DNA of 64,000 nucleotides from an uncultured Methanomassiliicoccales archaeon (GTDB lineage Archaea > Thermoplasmatota > Thermoplasmata > Methanomassiliicoccales > UBA472). The stretch spans positions 2,208,001 through 2,272,000 of the forward strand of contig OY968769.1 of NCBI GenBank assembly GCA_963695345.1, given 5' to 3'. Made by a program: the position numbers and the translations under genes. This document shows, piece after piece, positions 8,957-20,050 of this stretch. Within the stretch, counting starts at the first letter, position 1, and every line of letters begins with the position of its first letter. A model generated the notes under the pieces. That model was given only the letters and a program-made list of their open reading frames with translations, made no database searches and had not been told where the DNA came from.

Positions 8957-10298
8957 CTATTCTAATAATTTGTTTATTACAAATTTACTTTTACCCGCTT
9001 GGGTCTTTTTAATATCCTCTACTATATTAATTTGAACATTCCATCCAATTGCAAATGCCTCGAGTCCTTTGGATACTCTATCAAGTTTGGTCGAATCGAA
9101 ATTCTTGTGAACAACGATATTGATAGTGATGTCATACTTTGTTTGCTGGACCAATTGAATTTCCAATATTTGATCCGTATGCCCTATTTCTTCTAGAACA
9201 GCATATAAAATTGCTTGGCCATGGAGGTACTTACCTTCAGGCGTAATTAGGAACTCCTTTTCACGGCCTACGATATTGCTCATCGTTCTGTGTCCTCTCC
9301 CACAGGGACAACATTCATCATGGAAATGTCCCATATCACCTGTGTCATATCTGATGAAAGGAAAGGCGAAGTTGTGAAGGCTTGTAGCCAATATCTTGCC
9401 TTCACCCTCTTCGACCCGATCCCCCCTTTCATCTACTCCTTCCAGTACGCTCCTTTCCATATCGATATGTAATCCCGAATGTTCTTGACACTCGTATGCG
9501 CTCACGCCACCATCATTCAACCCATAACCATCAAAAACTTCACATTCAAAAACTTCTGATATCTTCTTCCTCATATGTGGAAGAAGCTTTTCCGCGGTGG
9601 TAAAAACAGCTTTGGGGGAGCGAATGGAAATATTGTTTATCTTAACATGTTCTGCAAAGGTAAAAATGGCGGATGCATAACCTCTGATGAATTGGGGTTT
9701 GAAGGAATTGATAATCGTAGCGTATCTCTCGGGCTTCATTCTCATCGATGTCTGGGGGAAGTTTTCTCAGGTTCCGGGAAAACTCGTGGAACTTGTGGCC
9801 TAGATTACTATATCCACCAAAATCAAGGGATGTCCCCGCAAGGAAAACCATCCTATCTCCCAATCGGTAACCTCCATAGCCCCATCCTCGATATAGAAGA
9901 GCGCCTCCAAGAAAACGATCGTTTGTTGATAGTCTATACGGTAATGGAACCCCCGTTGATCCTCCAGTCATTAGGTCACGATGTTTGATGGTTGAAAGAT
10001 TTCTCGGTTTGAACTCATCTGGCCGGTCCTTGATTATTTCCTTCGTAAGGACGGGTAACTTTTCCAAATCATCGATTGTTTTGATGCTCGAAGGCTCAAT
10101 TTTCAGAGATTTGAATAATTCGCGGTAATACGGTACATTTTCGTTGCAGAACGCTATCATTACCCGCAATTGCTTTTCCTGTTGATCCTTCAGCCGCTCA
10201 TATGGAACATACTGATTCTTCATTACTGTCTGGTATTTGGATGAAAAATCTATGCACCCGATTTCATGGGCTAAAATGAAAATCGTCCTTTCAAACAT
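8957..10298 (-). CDS. CapK/phenylacetate-CoA ligase family adenylating enzyme (frameshift near 9740)
   Basis: LPVLTK, TGGSTGVP, YGLNDGG, FPFIRYDTGD, GR, GKSKFV motifs across ORFs 9642-10298 and 8957-9745. Confidence 0.85.
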
Positions 10299-10510
10299 GC
10301 CGCTCCCTTTTCATGGCAGGTCGTCGCAATTTTCTTCACCCAATAACTTTTTCTTCTGACATTTGAGTCGGGATTCTGGTAATAAATGAGAAGAAAAAAT
10401 GCAAGGAGTATTTACAGGAATGCAGAGAAGGTTCAGGTTCTTTCCCAGTACGTAATCTGTTTAAGGAATTTGTGAATGGCGAATACCTTCCGACAGGAAA
10501 TTGAATTTCA

Positions 10511-11608
10511 TCAGACATCAATACATTCCTTTTCTGTAAATGGACCAGTCCAAAGATCTGGATTATCTTTCATTTCCTTAATGCTAGACGGATAATTTTC
10601 AATCAACCATATCATAAAAGCAGTCAAATCAATTTTTTCATTGACAATTCTTTCTCGAGATAATTCCCCCCTTTTCTTGCTATCCTGATCTTTCAGGATT
10701 TCTTTGGCTTTATTCAATGCCGCTTCTTCATCGATAAAACTATGGAGAGCGCCATATTTTTGTTCAAGCTCCTTCAAGCACCCCATTGTCCCGGCAAGCG
10801 ATGAAATATAAATGGATGGTGTGCCAAGTAGGGCTGATTCCGATGCCATCGTTGCCCCTTCTCCGATATATAGTGAAGCATTGGCTAAGATATCGTGCAT
10901 ATTATCGGGAGAGGTCCGAATTTGATATTTCATTAAGTCCTGCGGTAACTCACTTTCACCCGTGATGAGGACATTCCCATACTTTTCTAGCTCCTTTACC
11001 AACTTGACCTTACTACATATGCCTTGGTGTCCGATGTCATGGCTCGCATTCCAAGAAACAAAACGAACCACGATGAAAGGTTCGTTTATATCAAGATCAA
11101 GCCCTTGAATCACACCTTTTTTCGGTGTAAAACGTCTGGGATGCAGTGAGGCCAGTTCCATGTAGCTATTAAATCTAATTTGTTTCTTACCAAGATTCCC
11201 ATTGTAGCATGACGGTGTACAGACTGCATTAACAAAGGGTAGGTATAGTCTGATCTGCTCAGTGCTATGTTCTGTATCTTCGAAATTGATACATGGTTTA
11301 CCTAGCATTGATGCTACGTGAGCTGCGCGTATTGATCCGAAGCCCATGAGAACATCAGGATTATATTTTTTAACAATTTTTATGTATTTAATATCATTAA
11401 ATGGAATCCCAAATATCTTTCCGGTCAAGGAATGACCGTAGTTGCCAGCGTTTGAATACTCTAAGTTATACTTGTCAAGCAGATCGAATATGATCTTTTT
11501 TTCACTTGCTGTGACTAGTACTTCGTGACCTCGCTTCTTCATATCCTTTATGAAATGTTTGAAATAATGTACATGAGCCGGATGATTCATATCCACTACG
11601 ATTTTCAT
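10511..11608 (-). CDS. DUF354 family GT-B fold protein
   Basis: VDMNHPAHVHYFK, FEDTEH, RFVSWNASHD, GATMASESALLGTP. Confidence 0.85.
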   Translation of the reverse strand: MKIVVDMNHPAHVHYFKHFIKDMKKRGHEVLVTASEKKIIFDLLDKYNLEYSNAGNYGHSLTGKIFGIPFNDIKYIKIVKKYNPDVLMGFGSIRAAHVASMLGKPCINFEDTEHSTEQIRLYLPFVNAVCTPSCYNGNLGKKQIRFNSYMELASLHPRRFTPKKGVIQGLDLDINEPFIVVRFVSWNASHDIGHQGICSKVKLVKELEKYGNVLITGESELPQDLMKYQIRTSPDNMHDILANASLYIGEGATMASESALLGTPSIYISSLAGTMGCLKELEQKYGALHSFIDEEAALNKAKEILKDQDSKKRGELSRERIVNEKIDLTAFMIWLIENYPSSIKEMKDNPDLWTGPFTEKECIDV

Positions 11609-11732
11609 TGGTCACCCAGAAAGGAAAATTATCTTCTTTCAAATCCTTTAATAGCGATATTTGTTTATAGATATTTGAACCAATTTACCATTCTTACCAT
11701 ATGGGTAATTTATGGCGAATTAAATTCGTTTC

Positions 11733-12758
11733 CTACTCTCCCAGAAAATCGAAAATGAAATCGCTGAATAATCGATATGTATTCATTGGCATCTTTTTGA
11801 TTACGATATTGCCCATTTTAATCATCTTGCTAGATCTATCAAAGGTAGAAGGATTATTTCTGTCGGATGAATAGACCAGGTCAAATTCCCTGGTTCCCCA
11901 TTTTCTTTTAAAGTTCATCAATCCGCTGTTATGTTTTGATGTTCGGCCGAAATCAAAAGTATGATAGCCCAGCAGACAAGCATCCTCTATGCATTTCCAC
12001 AAGAATGCATTGTATGGATGCATTTGAAGTTTGTTTGGATCCGCACATCCATAGCCGTAAACTACTCTTCCCCCGTAGAATTCCATCAAACCGCCACCGA
12101 TAATTTCTCCTTCGAGTTCTGAGACATAAAGCCTCAAATTGTTGGGGAATTCATTGATAAGATTCTTAAAGAACCTGGGGGGATGGCTAGGCACACCCAA
12201 TGCCTTTTTTGTTAGGCAATTCAAACGATAAAACTCATCAATATCCGAAGGTTCATTGGACTGCCTGACCCGAACTCCTAATTTTTCGGATTTCTTTACC
12301 GCCCATCTGACGCTTCCCTTATCTAGCTTGTTCCAAACCTCTTCTTTAGAAATTGATAAATCCAATTCGTGTGCACAAAATTCGTTAGAGTTATGCAGGT
12401 GGGGATGAACAATACGGTCCTTGAGGATGATGTGCCCTCCCGTTTGTCTGGTTGAAATTTCCATCGCAGTCTGTATAGCTAAATCTTTCTGGTCCATCTC
12501 TCCGATGTAGCTGGCACTATGGGCGAATGGTATAGAGCACAATTCACGTTTATGTCTCAAGTTTGGAATCTTGAAAAGTGGTAGGAAACCAATGATGTCT
12601 CCACTGTCATTTAAAATGAAAACATGGCATGGTTCAATCTCCAAAGTATGAGCGAGGAATCTTGACCATCCAGGCGTGTGATAAATCGTGGAATCGCTTC
12701 TTGCCGATAGGAAATTTATCCACTTTTGCTCATCGACAATTCCCTCAATGATATCCAA
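11733..12758 (-). CDS. FemAB-like/GNAT (Acetyltransf_6) polysaccharide-modifying protein
   Basis: TIYHTPGW, SIPF, RWAVKKSEKLG, FDFGRT...GLMNFKRKWG. Confidence 0.85.
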   Translation of the reverse strand: MDIIEGIVDEQKWINFLSARSDSTIYHTPGWSRFLAHTLEIEPCHVFILNDSGDIIGFLPLFKIPNLRHKRELCSIPFAHSASYIGEMDQKDLAIQTAMEISTRQTGGHIILKDRIVHPHLHNSNEFCAHELDLSISKEEVWNKLDKGSVRWAVKKSEKLGVRVRQSNEPSDIDEFYRLNCLTKKALGVPSHPPRFFKNLINEFPNNLRLYVSELEGEIIGGGLMEFYGGRVVYGYGCADPNKLQMHPYNAFLWKCIEDACLLGYHTFDFGRTSKHNSGLMNFKRKWGTREFDLVYSSDRNNPSTFDRSSKMIKMGNIVIKKMPMNTYRLFSDFIFDFLGE

Positions 12759-12856
12759 TTCTATCTCTCCAATTTACTATTCAATTCCTTTGGATTGCCA
12801 TAATCCATTGAAACCTCTTTTCTTGAAGGGCTAGTAAGAAACTGCATTCGCCTACA

Positions 12857-13591
12857 TTAACGGAACGCTCTTTTTCCCAGGTTGAATACGGCATCCTTCA
12901 GCCTGTAGTTCAGGGCTTCCAATGGAGTTGCCGCCCATCTTTCTGGGTGGCAACTGATATAGGCTTTTGATCCTTTTTGAATTCTGAGGATGATGTCTTG
13001 AGTACTTTCTACCATTGGCATAATGCACCTTCTGATCTGGTCTCGGTTATTGTCCTTACCATTCCATCTGCCTCCGGTATCGGTATAATACTCTAGATCC
13101 GTCAGAATGTTCGAATATGCTTCTCCTTCCAAGGAGTAGTTCGAAAGGTTGTCGTCTTTCCAGAAATCAATATTGTTATGTGCTGAAATCGGGCTTCCAT
13201 GCATGCTCGCCGTCTTGATTTCGCATATGGACCTTAATTGTTCAATATCCTGCTTGAATAGTTTCCTAGCTATCTGGATATCTCCTTTGGCTTTTCTCAT
13301 GACTTCATAATGGAATCCGATTTCATGATTCATTTCTGAGATTTGACGGATGATATCTGCATCGAAAGAGGCAGGTACGCAGCGGAAGTAGTAAGTCGAC
13401 CTCACATTCATTCTGAATTCTAATTGGGCGATCCTTAGGGCGTTCCGTGGTTTCCTATCCACGTCGTGCCTTAAGATTATCTTCGTATTTTGAGGACGAT
13501 TAAGACTATTAAGAAATCGGCAGTCTGTTTGTATCATCCTCACTGCCTTACAGAGGTCTTCATATACTTTCAATGTGAAATCTGACATCAT
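12857..13591 (-). CDS. Polysaccharide deacetylase-like protein
   Basis: ILRHDVD, STYYFR, HEIGFHYE, MHGSP, HPERW. Confidence 0.75.
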   Translation of the reverse strand: MMSDFTLKVYEDLCKAVRMIQTDCRFLNSLNRPQNTKIILRHDVDRKPRNALRIAQLEFRMNVRSTYYFRCVPASFDADIIRQISEMNHEIGFHYEVMRKAKGDIQIARKLFKQDIEQLRSICEIKTASMHGSPISAHNNIDFWKDDNLSNYSLEGEAYSNILTDLEYYTDTGGRWNGKDNNRDQIRRCIMPMVESTQDIILRIQKGSKAYISCHPERWAATPLEALNYRLKDAVFNLGKRAFR

Positions 13592-13717
13592 CTGAAACCT
13601 TCTAGTCTTTGCTGAGTATCCTCAGCCTCCTTCTTTTTCGGATTATGCGATATTCCAGATGCATATAACCGATTTACGATTGATCCGCATTTTTTTTACG
13701 TTCAGGAATGGCATTTA

Positions 13718-14677
13718 TCACACATTGTGTTTGTCATTAATGTCATTCTCAGCCACGTTAATGATCATATCGAAGAGCAGTATAGTAGCTCCGACCAATG
13801 GAAGACAGAGGAGCGATATGGTTTGAGTTTCATTGATCATCAAAGCAACTCCGATCTTATCTTCCAACAACATTAATATCGATGCCAATGATCCCGCAAT
13901 AATCATTGCGGAACCAACAAGAGGAACAAGGAATGCTCGTGTACTGTTACCGTCTGCCCTCTTTATGGCCAACCTTGTAATGAAATTTCTAACAAGAAGT
14001 TTGGATATCCTTGCCATATATACCGGGTATCTTATTTTTGACTTCTCTGTTCCATAGCGTGCAGGAATCGGTATGTCCAGTATCCTGCATTGCTTGGCAT
14101 GCAGCCTCATGATCATATCATTGCAGTAACCATACCAGGCGAATATCTGATTAGGGTCAATTCTCAATAGTGCCCTTCTCGAAATAGCCGTGTACCCGTT
14201 CTGAGGATCAGAAACGTGATAGCAGCCGGAAGCGAATTTTGTGAGCAAGGTTAGGGTCGTGTTGCCCATGAGGCGCCAGGGGCACATCCCTTTCTTGAAA
14301 TTGGAATCCAGGAGGCGGTTTCCTTTCGTATAGTCAGCATTACCTTCAACGATTGGATCCAATAGTGACTGGAGATGGAGCGGGTCCATCTGGTTGTCTC
14401 CAGCCATTACTGCCGTGATGTCGATTCTATCATCGAGAGCTAGGTTGTAACCCCTGACAATCGCCGATCCTACCCCGCCATTTTTCTGATGAACGGGGAC
14501 TATTCTCCGGTCTTTCTCAGCCAAGGCATCGATTATTCTGCCAGTACTATCAGAAGAACCATCATTCACGGCATAGATCCGGTCGACATATTTTGGGATG
14601 GTGGTGAGCGTCTCAGTAATCAACTGTTCTTCATTATAGGCCGGTACAACAACAGCGATCCGTTTTTCGCGATACAT
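13718..14677 (-). CDS. Glycosyltransferase family 2 (DPM1-like) with C-terminal TM helices
   Basis: VVVPAYNEE, VNDGSSD, MAGDNQMDP, KGNR, DPQNGY. Confidence 0.9.
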   Translation of the reverse strand: MYREKRIAVVVPAYNEEQLITETLTTIPKYVDRIYAVNDGSSDSTGRIIDALAEKDRRIVPVHQKNGGVGSAIVRGYNLALDDRIDITAVMAGDNQMDPLHLQSLLDPIVEGNADYTKGNRLLDSNFKKGMCPWRLMGNTTLTLLTKFASGCYHVSDPQNGYTAISRRALLRIDPNQIFAWYGYCNDMIMRLHAKQCRILDIPIPARYGTEKSKIRYPVYMARISKLLVRNFITRLAIKRADGNSTRAFLVPLVGSAMIIAGSLASILMLLEDKIGVALMINETQTISLLCLPLVGATILLFDMIINVAENDINDKHNV

Positions 14678-15078
14678 TATCCATCCTCATTTTGTATGGT
14701 TGTGGAATGTTGCTGATGGTCCAGGCATCGGTTCGATAACGAATCCGTACGTTATTGGTCCTAGATGAGGCAACGATTCTGGATTAACGGGGTGTATTCA
14801 AAGAAATATTGTCTTAATTATCATGATTTGAAATGTCAGTCTGGCATTCATGTCGATTATCGATATATCATTTTCGAGGTTATTCTCAAAGCTAGATAAA
14901 TGTTCATTTTCGAGTCAAAAACGCAAATGCCAGATTATGGGAACAAGGACGCTCATACAATCAGTAGTTTATCTAAAAGGTTAGTCGAGACAATTCCTAG
15001 GGTTCTTTAAGAGGTCATTTTTATCATCGTAACAATGGCGATAAACGATAAATACCGACACTGACTTCCTGGGCTATC

Positions 15079-16086
15079 TTGATTGAGGAAATTAGGCCAG
15101 AGATAAAGCGTTCTTGGGATCTCGCGCTCATATGCTTGTTATCCCTGTTGTTAGCGGGTTTCATTTATCTGATCCCCGATTTTCCAGCCCGTATTCTAAT
15201 TGGAATACCGTTCATAATTTTCTTTCCAGGTTACGCCCTGATCGCGACCCTCTTTCCGGAAAAGAAGTCATTGGATACCATAGAGCGAATTGCTCTCTCT
15301 TTCGGCCTTAGCATCGCCGTCGTACCATTGATTGGTTTCGGGCTCAATTACACTCCTTTCGGGATCCGCCTCGATCCGATCCTGTGGTCACTGATCCTAT
15401 TCAACATAGTCTTGAGCCTTCTCGGTATCTGGAGACGCAGGGTTTCCTCTGATCCGTTCTTGCCGTTCAACCCGACGCTAGTTTTCGAGGGGGCAAAGGA
15501 AGGTTTCAAAGGCAAGGCCAAGAACGACAAGGTCCTCACGATCATCCTTGTTCTGTCAGTTCTTTCCTCGGTCGTAGCCGTTGTATACGTCGTCGCAGTG
15601 CCCAGGCAGGGAGAGCAGTTCACCGAGTTCTATGTTCTGGGTCCGGGAGGCAAGGCGACCGACTACCCCCACAACCTATCAGTAGGTCAATCGGCTTCTG
15701 TGATACTGGGCATCGCCAACCACGAATTCCGCACCGTGAACTACACGGTAGAGGTATGGCTGGCTAACGAAACCTTTTCAAATAATGTGACCGTTGTCAA
15801 CCATTTACTGTTTGTGAGTGAGTTCTCAGTGATATTGGACCATGTTTCTGCCAATATCAACGGCAATTGGACCCCGCAATGGCAGCAGACGTACAACTTT
15901 TCCTCGCCGGTCGAAGGGTCCTATAAGATATGGTTCGTGTTGCAGGTCGATGGGCTGGCATTTCACGGTGTGCAGGACCAAGATTACGTCAACACTCCCG
16001 CCCAGACTCGATTCATCAACATGGTTAATTCCAAAGATTATTACAGTCTGAATCTGAACCTGAACATATCTGGTGTGCCAACCTGA
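15079..16086 (+). CDS. DUF1616 family membrane protein
   Basis: FFPGYALIATLFP, ERIALSFGLSIA, FTEFYVLG..GKA.DYP, GIANHE. Confidence 0.9.
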   Translation: MIEEIRPEIKRSWDLALICLLSLLLAGFIYLIPDFPARILIGIPFIIFFPGYALIATLFPEKKSLDTIERIALSFGLSIAVVPLIGFGLNYTPFGIRLDPILWSLILFNIVLSLLGIWRRRVSSDPFLPFNPTLVFEGAKEGFKGKAKNDKVLTIILVLSVLSSVVAVVYVVAVPRQGEQFTEFYVLGPGGKATDYPHNLSVGQSASVILGIANHEFRTVNYTVEVWLANETFSNNVTVVNHLLFVSEFSVILDHVSANINGNWTPQWQQTYNFSSPVEGSYKIWFVLQVDGLAFHGVQDQDYVNTPAQTRFINMVNSKDYYSLNLNLNISGVPT

Positions 16087-16273
16087 TCAGGCACACAATC
16101 CGAGAGTTAAATAAATCCCAATCCATCTCCCTCTTGCCGTTTGGGCTTCCTGGGCGGATTCAGACGATGCCCTGAAAAATCATGTCATAGCAGAAAAACA
16201 TCAATTGGACATCACGCTTTTTGAGTAACCACGATGCAACGTTCATATCCAATCACTGCGGTTACTCCGGACG

Positions 16274-17371
16274 ATGCTCGTTTGCTTGATCCTCGGCACC
16301 CGTCCCGAAATTGTGAAGATGTCACCGATCCTGAGGGCCTGTGCCGAAATGGGTGTGGACAACTATTCGATACACACCGGGCAGCACTACTCCTATGAGA
16401 TGGACCGGATCTTCTTCGAGGAGCTCGACCTGCCCGATTGCAAATACAATCTGAACGTGGGTTCGGGTCCGCACGGTTATCAGACCGGCAAGATGATGGA
16501 GATGATCGAGAACGTCTTCCTGAAGGACCGACCGGACATCGTCCTGGTGCAGGGAGACACGAACACCGTGCTCGCTGGAGCGCTCGTCGCCTCCAAGATG
16601 CTCATCCCCATAGGGCACGTCGAGGCCGGCCTGCGCAGCTACGACCGCTCCATGCCCGAGGAGATCAACCGCATAGCGGCCGATCACGTCTCCAGTCTAT
16701 TGTTCCCTCCGACGGAAGCGGCCAAGGACAATCTGGTCAATGAAGGGATACGTTCCGATATGATCACGGTCACCGGCAACACCATAGTCGATGCCGTGAA
16801 GCAGAACCTGCACATCGCCGAGAGGAAGGCGCGCGGGAAAGTTGATTCGATGGGTCTGTCCGATTCAGGATACATCCTCTCCACCTTGCATCGCCAGGAG
16901 AACGTCGATTCGGAGGAGAATCTGGCCGATATCCTGGAAGGAATATCCTCGGTGTCGAAGTCCACCGGACTTCCGGTCATCCTGCCGTTGCATCCCCGGA
17001 CAAAGAAGAACATGGAGCGCTTCGGCCTGAAGCCGGGGGACAACATCAAGGTGATCGAACCGCTCGGTTTCCTCGAGTTCCTGCTGCTTGAGAAAGGAGC
17101 CAGGCTCATCATGACCGACTCCGGCGGCCTGCAGGAGGAAGCCTGCATCTTGAACGTACCCTGCGTTACCCTGCGCAACAACACCGAGAGGCCGGAGACG
17201 GTCACGGTCGGTGCGAACATGATCGCCGGCACCAAGGCCAGCGGCATCGTTTCGGCGGCGGAGACCATGCTCGATAAGAAGGTCGGATGGGCCTGCCCGC
17301 TCGGCGACGGTCACGCGTCAAGGAAAATAATCGAACGCTGTTCCGAGCTGATCGGACGTTCCTCGGGCTGA
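16274..17371 (+). CDS. wecB: UDP-N-acetylglucosamine 2-epimerase (non-hydrolysing)
   Basis: GTRPEIVK, HTGQHY, VQGDTNT, HVEAGLRS, MPEEINR, TDSGGLQEEA, TERPE. Confidence 0.95.
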   Translation: MLVCLILGTRPEIVKMSPILRACAEMGVDNYSIHTGQHYSYEMDRIFFEELDLPDCKYNLNVGSGPHGYQTGKMMEMIENVFLKDRPDIVLVQGDTNTVLAGALVASKMLIPIGHVEAGLRSYDRSMPEEINRIAADHVSSLLFPPTEAAKDNLVNEGIRSDMITVTGNTIVDAVKQNLHIAERKARGKVDSMGLSDSGYILSTLHRQENVDSEENLADILEGISSVSKSTGLPVILPLHPRTKKNMERFGLKPGDNIKVIEPLGFLEFLLLEKGARLIMTDSGGLQEEACILNVPCVTLRNNTERPETVTVGANMIAGTKASGIVSAAETMLDKKVGWACPLGDGHASRKIIERCSELIGRSSG

Positions 17372-17676
17372 ACCGTCCGCTTTCAATAGACCAACGGAGA
17401 CTAAATCATTGCTCTAGAGAGCGCAAGATCGGTCTGAGACCGCCTCTAGAAAGGACGTTTAACTATTCATCGGTCCTGATCGATAAATCTGTTGAACCTG
17501 GCGTATGGGCCGACCAACTGGAATCATGTCAGATGGAGAGATAGAAGGTTTCCGATTGTTCGTTCGATATATCTCGAAATTCGATAGGTTATCGTGCCAA
17601 AACACCTATTCATCATTCTCCAACCGCACTGTTAGGACAGATAAGTTTAATTCACCTAGGTCATTTCCAACTATAT

Positions 17677-18660
17677 ATGGAGTCATCAGGCCCGGCAGAA
17701 ACTGGTCTAAATAGACCGGCTGATGTGGCGGCAAGCGAAGGCATCGCTTCGTCAAACAGCCGTAACGAAAAGATTGCTGTCGTAGTACCTGCTTATAATG
17801 AACAGATCACGATCGGAAGCGTCGTTCTCGAAGCGTCGAAATATTGCGAGAGGGTCTATGTCATCAATGACGGCTCAAAGGACCTGACCTCCGAGATAGC
17901 GAAGATGGCCGGCGCGTTCGTTCTGGAAATGGACAAGAACAGCGGAAAGGCGAAGGCGTTGGTCAAGGGCTTGAGGAGAGCGAGGGCTGACGGCTATTCT
18001 GTCGTAGTGATGATGGACGGGGACGGGCAGCACAAGGGAATCGATATTCCGGCTTTGATTGCTCCAGTCATAAACGACAACGTCGACATGGTCATCGGTT
18101 CTAGGTTCCTCCAGGAAAACAAGATACCGGCCCACCGCCAGGCCGGCCAGAAGGTGCTCAACACCTTCACCAATATGGGGTCCCAGGGAGCGCTCACCGA
18201 CACCCAGTCCGGCTACCGGGCGCTTGGCCCGAGGGCGCTGGACAACCTGGATTTTGAATCCTCCGGATATTCTATTGAATCGGACATGATCACCTGTTTC
18301 ACCGAGCGCAACCTCAGCATCGTCGAGGTGCCGGTATCGGTGAGGTACGATGTGCCGAACGGGCACAAGCAAGGTTCGACCTCGATGGGTTTTACGTTAT
18401 TGGAGAACGTCATCACCACGGTGGCGTACAAGAGGCCATTGCTGGTGTTCGTCGGACCCGGGTCCATGCTGGCCGGGATAGGGATATTCCTGGCGTTGAC
18501 CGCATACTTCAATTTCTACATCTTCTCCTCATGGTGGCTGCAGCTGCTGCTGGCGGAGTTCACCATCGCGTTGGGCTTCCTGATGGTCGCCTTCGGATTG
18601 ATGCAGAACTCTCTCGCCATGGTCCTCAGGATGAACCGGGCGAATGATAAAAAAGAATAA
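17677..18660 (+). CDS. Glycosyltransferase family 2 (polyprenol-phosphate glycosyltransferase-like) with two C-terminal TM helices
   Basis: VVPAYNE, NDGSKD, GKAKA, MDGDGQH, IGSRF, DTQSGYRA. Confidence 0.9.
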   Translation: MESSGPAETGLNRPADVAASEGIASSNSRNEKIAVVVPAYNEQITIGSVVLEASKYCERVYVINDGSKDLTSEIAKMAGAFVLEMDKNSGKAKALVKGLRRARADGYSVVVMMDGDGQHKGIDIPALIAPVINDNVDMVIGSRFLQENKIPAHRQAGQKVLNTFTNMGSQGALTDTQSGYRALGPRALDNLDFESSGYSIESDMITCFTERNLSIVEVPVSVRYDVPNGHKQGSTSMGFTLLENVITTVAYKRPLLVFVGPGSMLAGIGIFLALTAYFNFYIFSSWWLQLLLAEFTIALGFLMVAFGLMQNSLAMVLRMNRANDKKE

Positions 18661-18826
18661 TGGTGCACGTTCAAACCATCGAAATTGTTCTTCCGAAGAT
18701 GGAGGCCGCGTTTCCTGGCAGACTGGAACAAAATCCCTAATTTTCACACACCATACGACATCGAGGTGTTACAAAACAAAGCATATAAAGCAAATCATTC
18801 CTCACCTTCTTTGAATTGGTGAACCA

Positions 18827-19951
18827 GTGTTTTACTATCATATGGACCCGAGCGTCACTAATATCAAAAGCGTCCGTGACAAGATCATTGCCCAGGCCCA
18901 GGGATTGATCGCCAACGGGATCGATGTCACCATCGTGATCGGTCAAGAGGACGAGCGTGTCTCTCGCGAAATGAAGCAGACCAACAATATCAGAACCATT
19001 TATTTAAATAAAGTAACCAAGAATAAATACCTTGGATATTTCACCGATTTTGCAGATCTGATGCGGTTCACCATGAGCCTCAATGAGAACGATATCCTAT
19101 ACACAAGATATTCGCCTTTTTCACTGTTCATTGTCCCCAGAAATTGCACCATCATCACAGAGCATCAGACCAAGGAGTCGATGGAATACAAGTCGAACTC
19201 ATTTCTCCCGTTCATGATGGAAAGATGTTTCGGGAAGCTAAACAGGAGAATGCGCGATTACTATGTCGCAGTGACTGGGGAGATATCCGATTTCGAATCC
19301 CAGTACGGTGAAGCGGGCCATATTGTGATACCGAACGGGATATCCCTGCAAAACATTCCAGTGATAACCAGAAAGGCGGCGGTCGGCGAGGAGTTCCATG
19401 TAGTCGGCTTGGCAAATGTCTCCCTATGGCATGGATACGATCGCATGATCGAAGGTCTGAACAGATACTCCGGCCCGGTGAAAGTCTATTTCCATATCAT
19501 AGGGGAGGGTCTAGAGCTTCCCAACCTGAGACTCCTGGCCAAGAAATATGGGCTGGAAGAGCGGGTGATATTCCACGGCCATATGAGAGGAAATGAATTG
19601 AACAGCATCATGGACAACTATCACATCGCCATCGGGGCGCTGGGCATCCACCGGATAGGGATCAGGGAGGCGGCGACATTGAAGAGCCGAGAATACTGTT
19701 CCAGGGGCATTCCTTTCATCGAGGATACGATCGATGGCGATTTCAAGGATTTCCCCTATCGATACCAGATAGAACCCGAAGAGAGCCCTATCGACGTCGG
19801 CAAACTGATCGAATTCTTCAATGGATTTGCATCGGATGACTATCCTCGAAAAATGAGAGAATATGCGGAACAGAACCTGACCTGGGAAAGTAAAATGAAA
19901 GTGCTGAAGACGTTCCTCACAGAGATCCGTTCGAAGAACGGGTCATCCTAG
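18827..19951 (+). CDS. Glycosyltransferase family 4
   Basis: IPNGI, WHGYDR, IIGEG, LKSREYCSRGIPFI. Confidence 0.85.
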   Translation: MFYYHMDPSVTNIKSVRDKIIAQAQGLIANGIDVTIVIGQEDERVSREMKQTNNIRTIYLNKVTKNKYLGYFTDFADLMRFTMSLNENDILYTRYSPFSLFIVPRNCTIITEHQTKESMEYKSNSFLPFMMERCFGKLNRRMRDYYVAVTGEISDFESQYGEAGHIVIPNGISLQNIPVITRKAAVGEEFHVVGLANVSLWHGYDRMIEGLNRYSGPVKVYFHIIGEGLELPNLRLLAKKYGLEERVIFHGHMRGNELNSIMDNYHIAIGALGIHRIGIREAATLKSREYCSRGIPFIEDTIDGDFKDFPYRYQIEPEESPIDVGKLIEFFNGFASDDYPRKMREYAEQNLTWESKMKVLKTFLTEIRSKNGSS

Positions 19952-20050
19952 AGGCAAGCCTAACAGAATATCGGCCTTCTTTCTTCCTTCTAGTAAGATA
20001 TCCATCGGGCGGACCGCTCTCCGTCATTCTGTCCGTGGGCCCTTCCTTCA

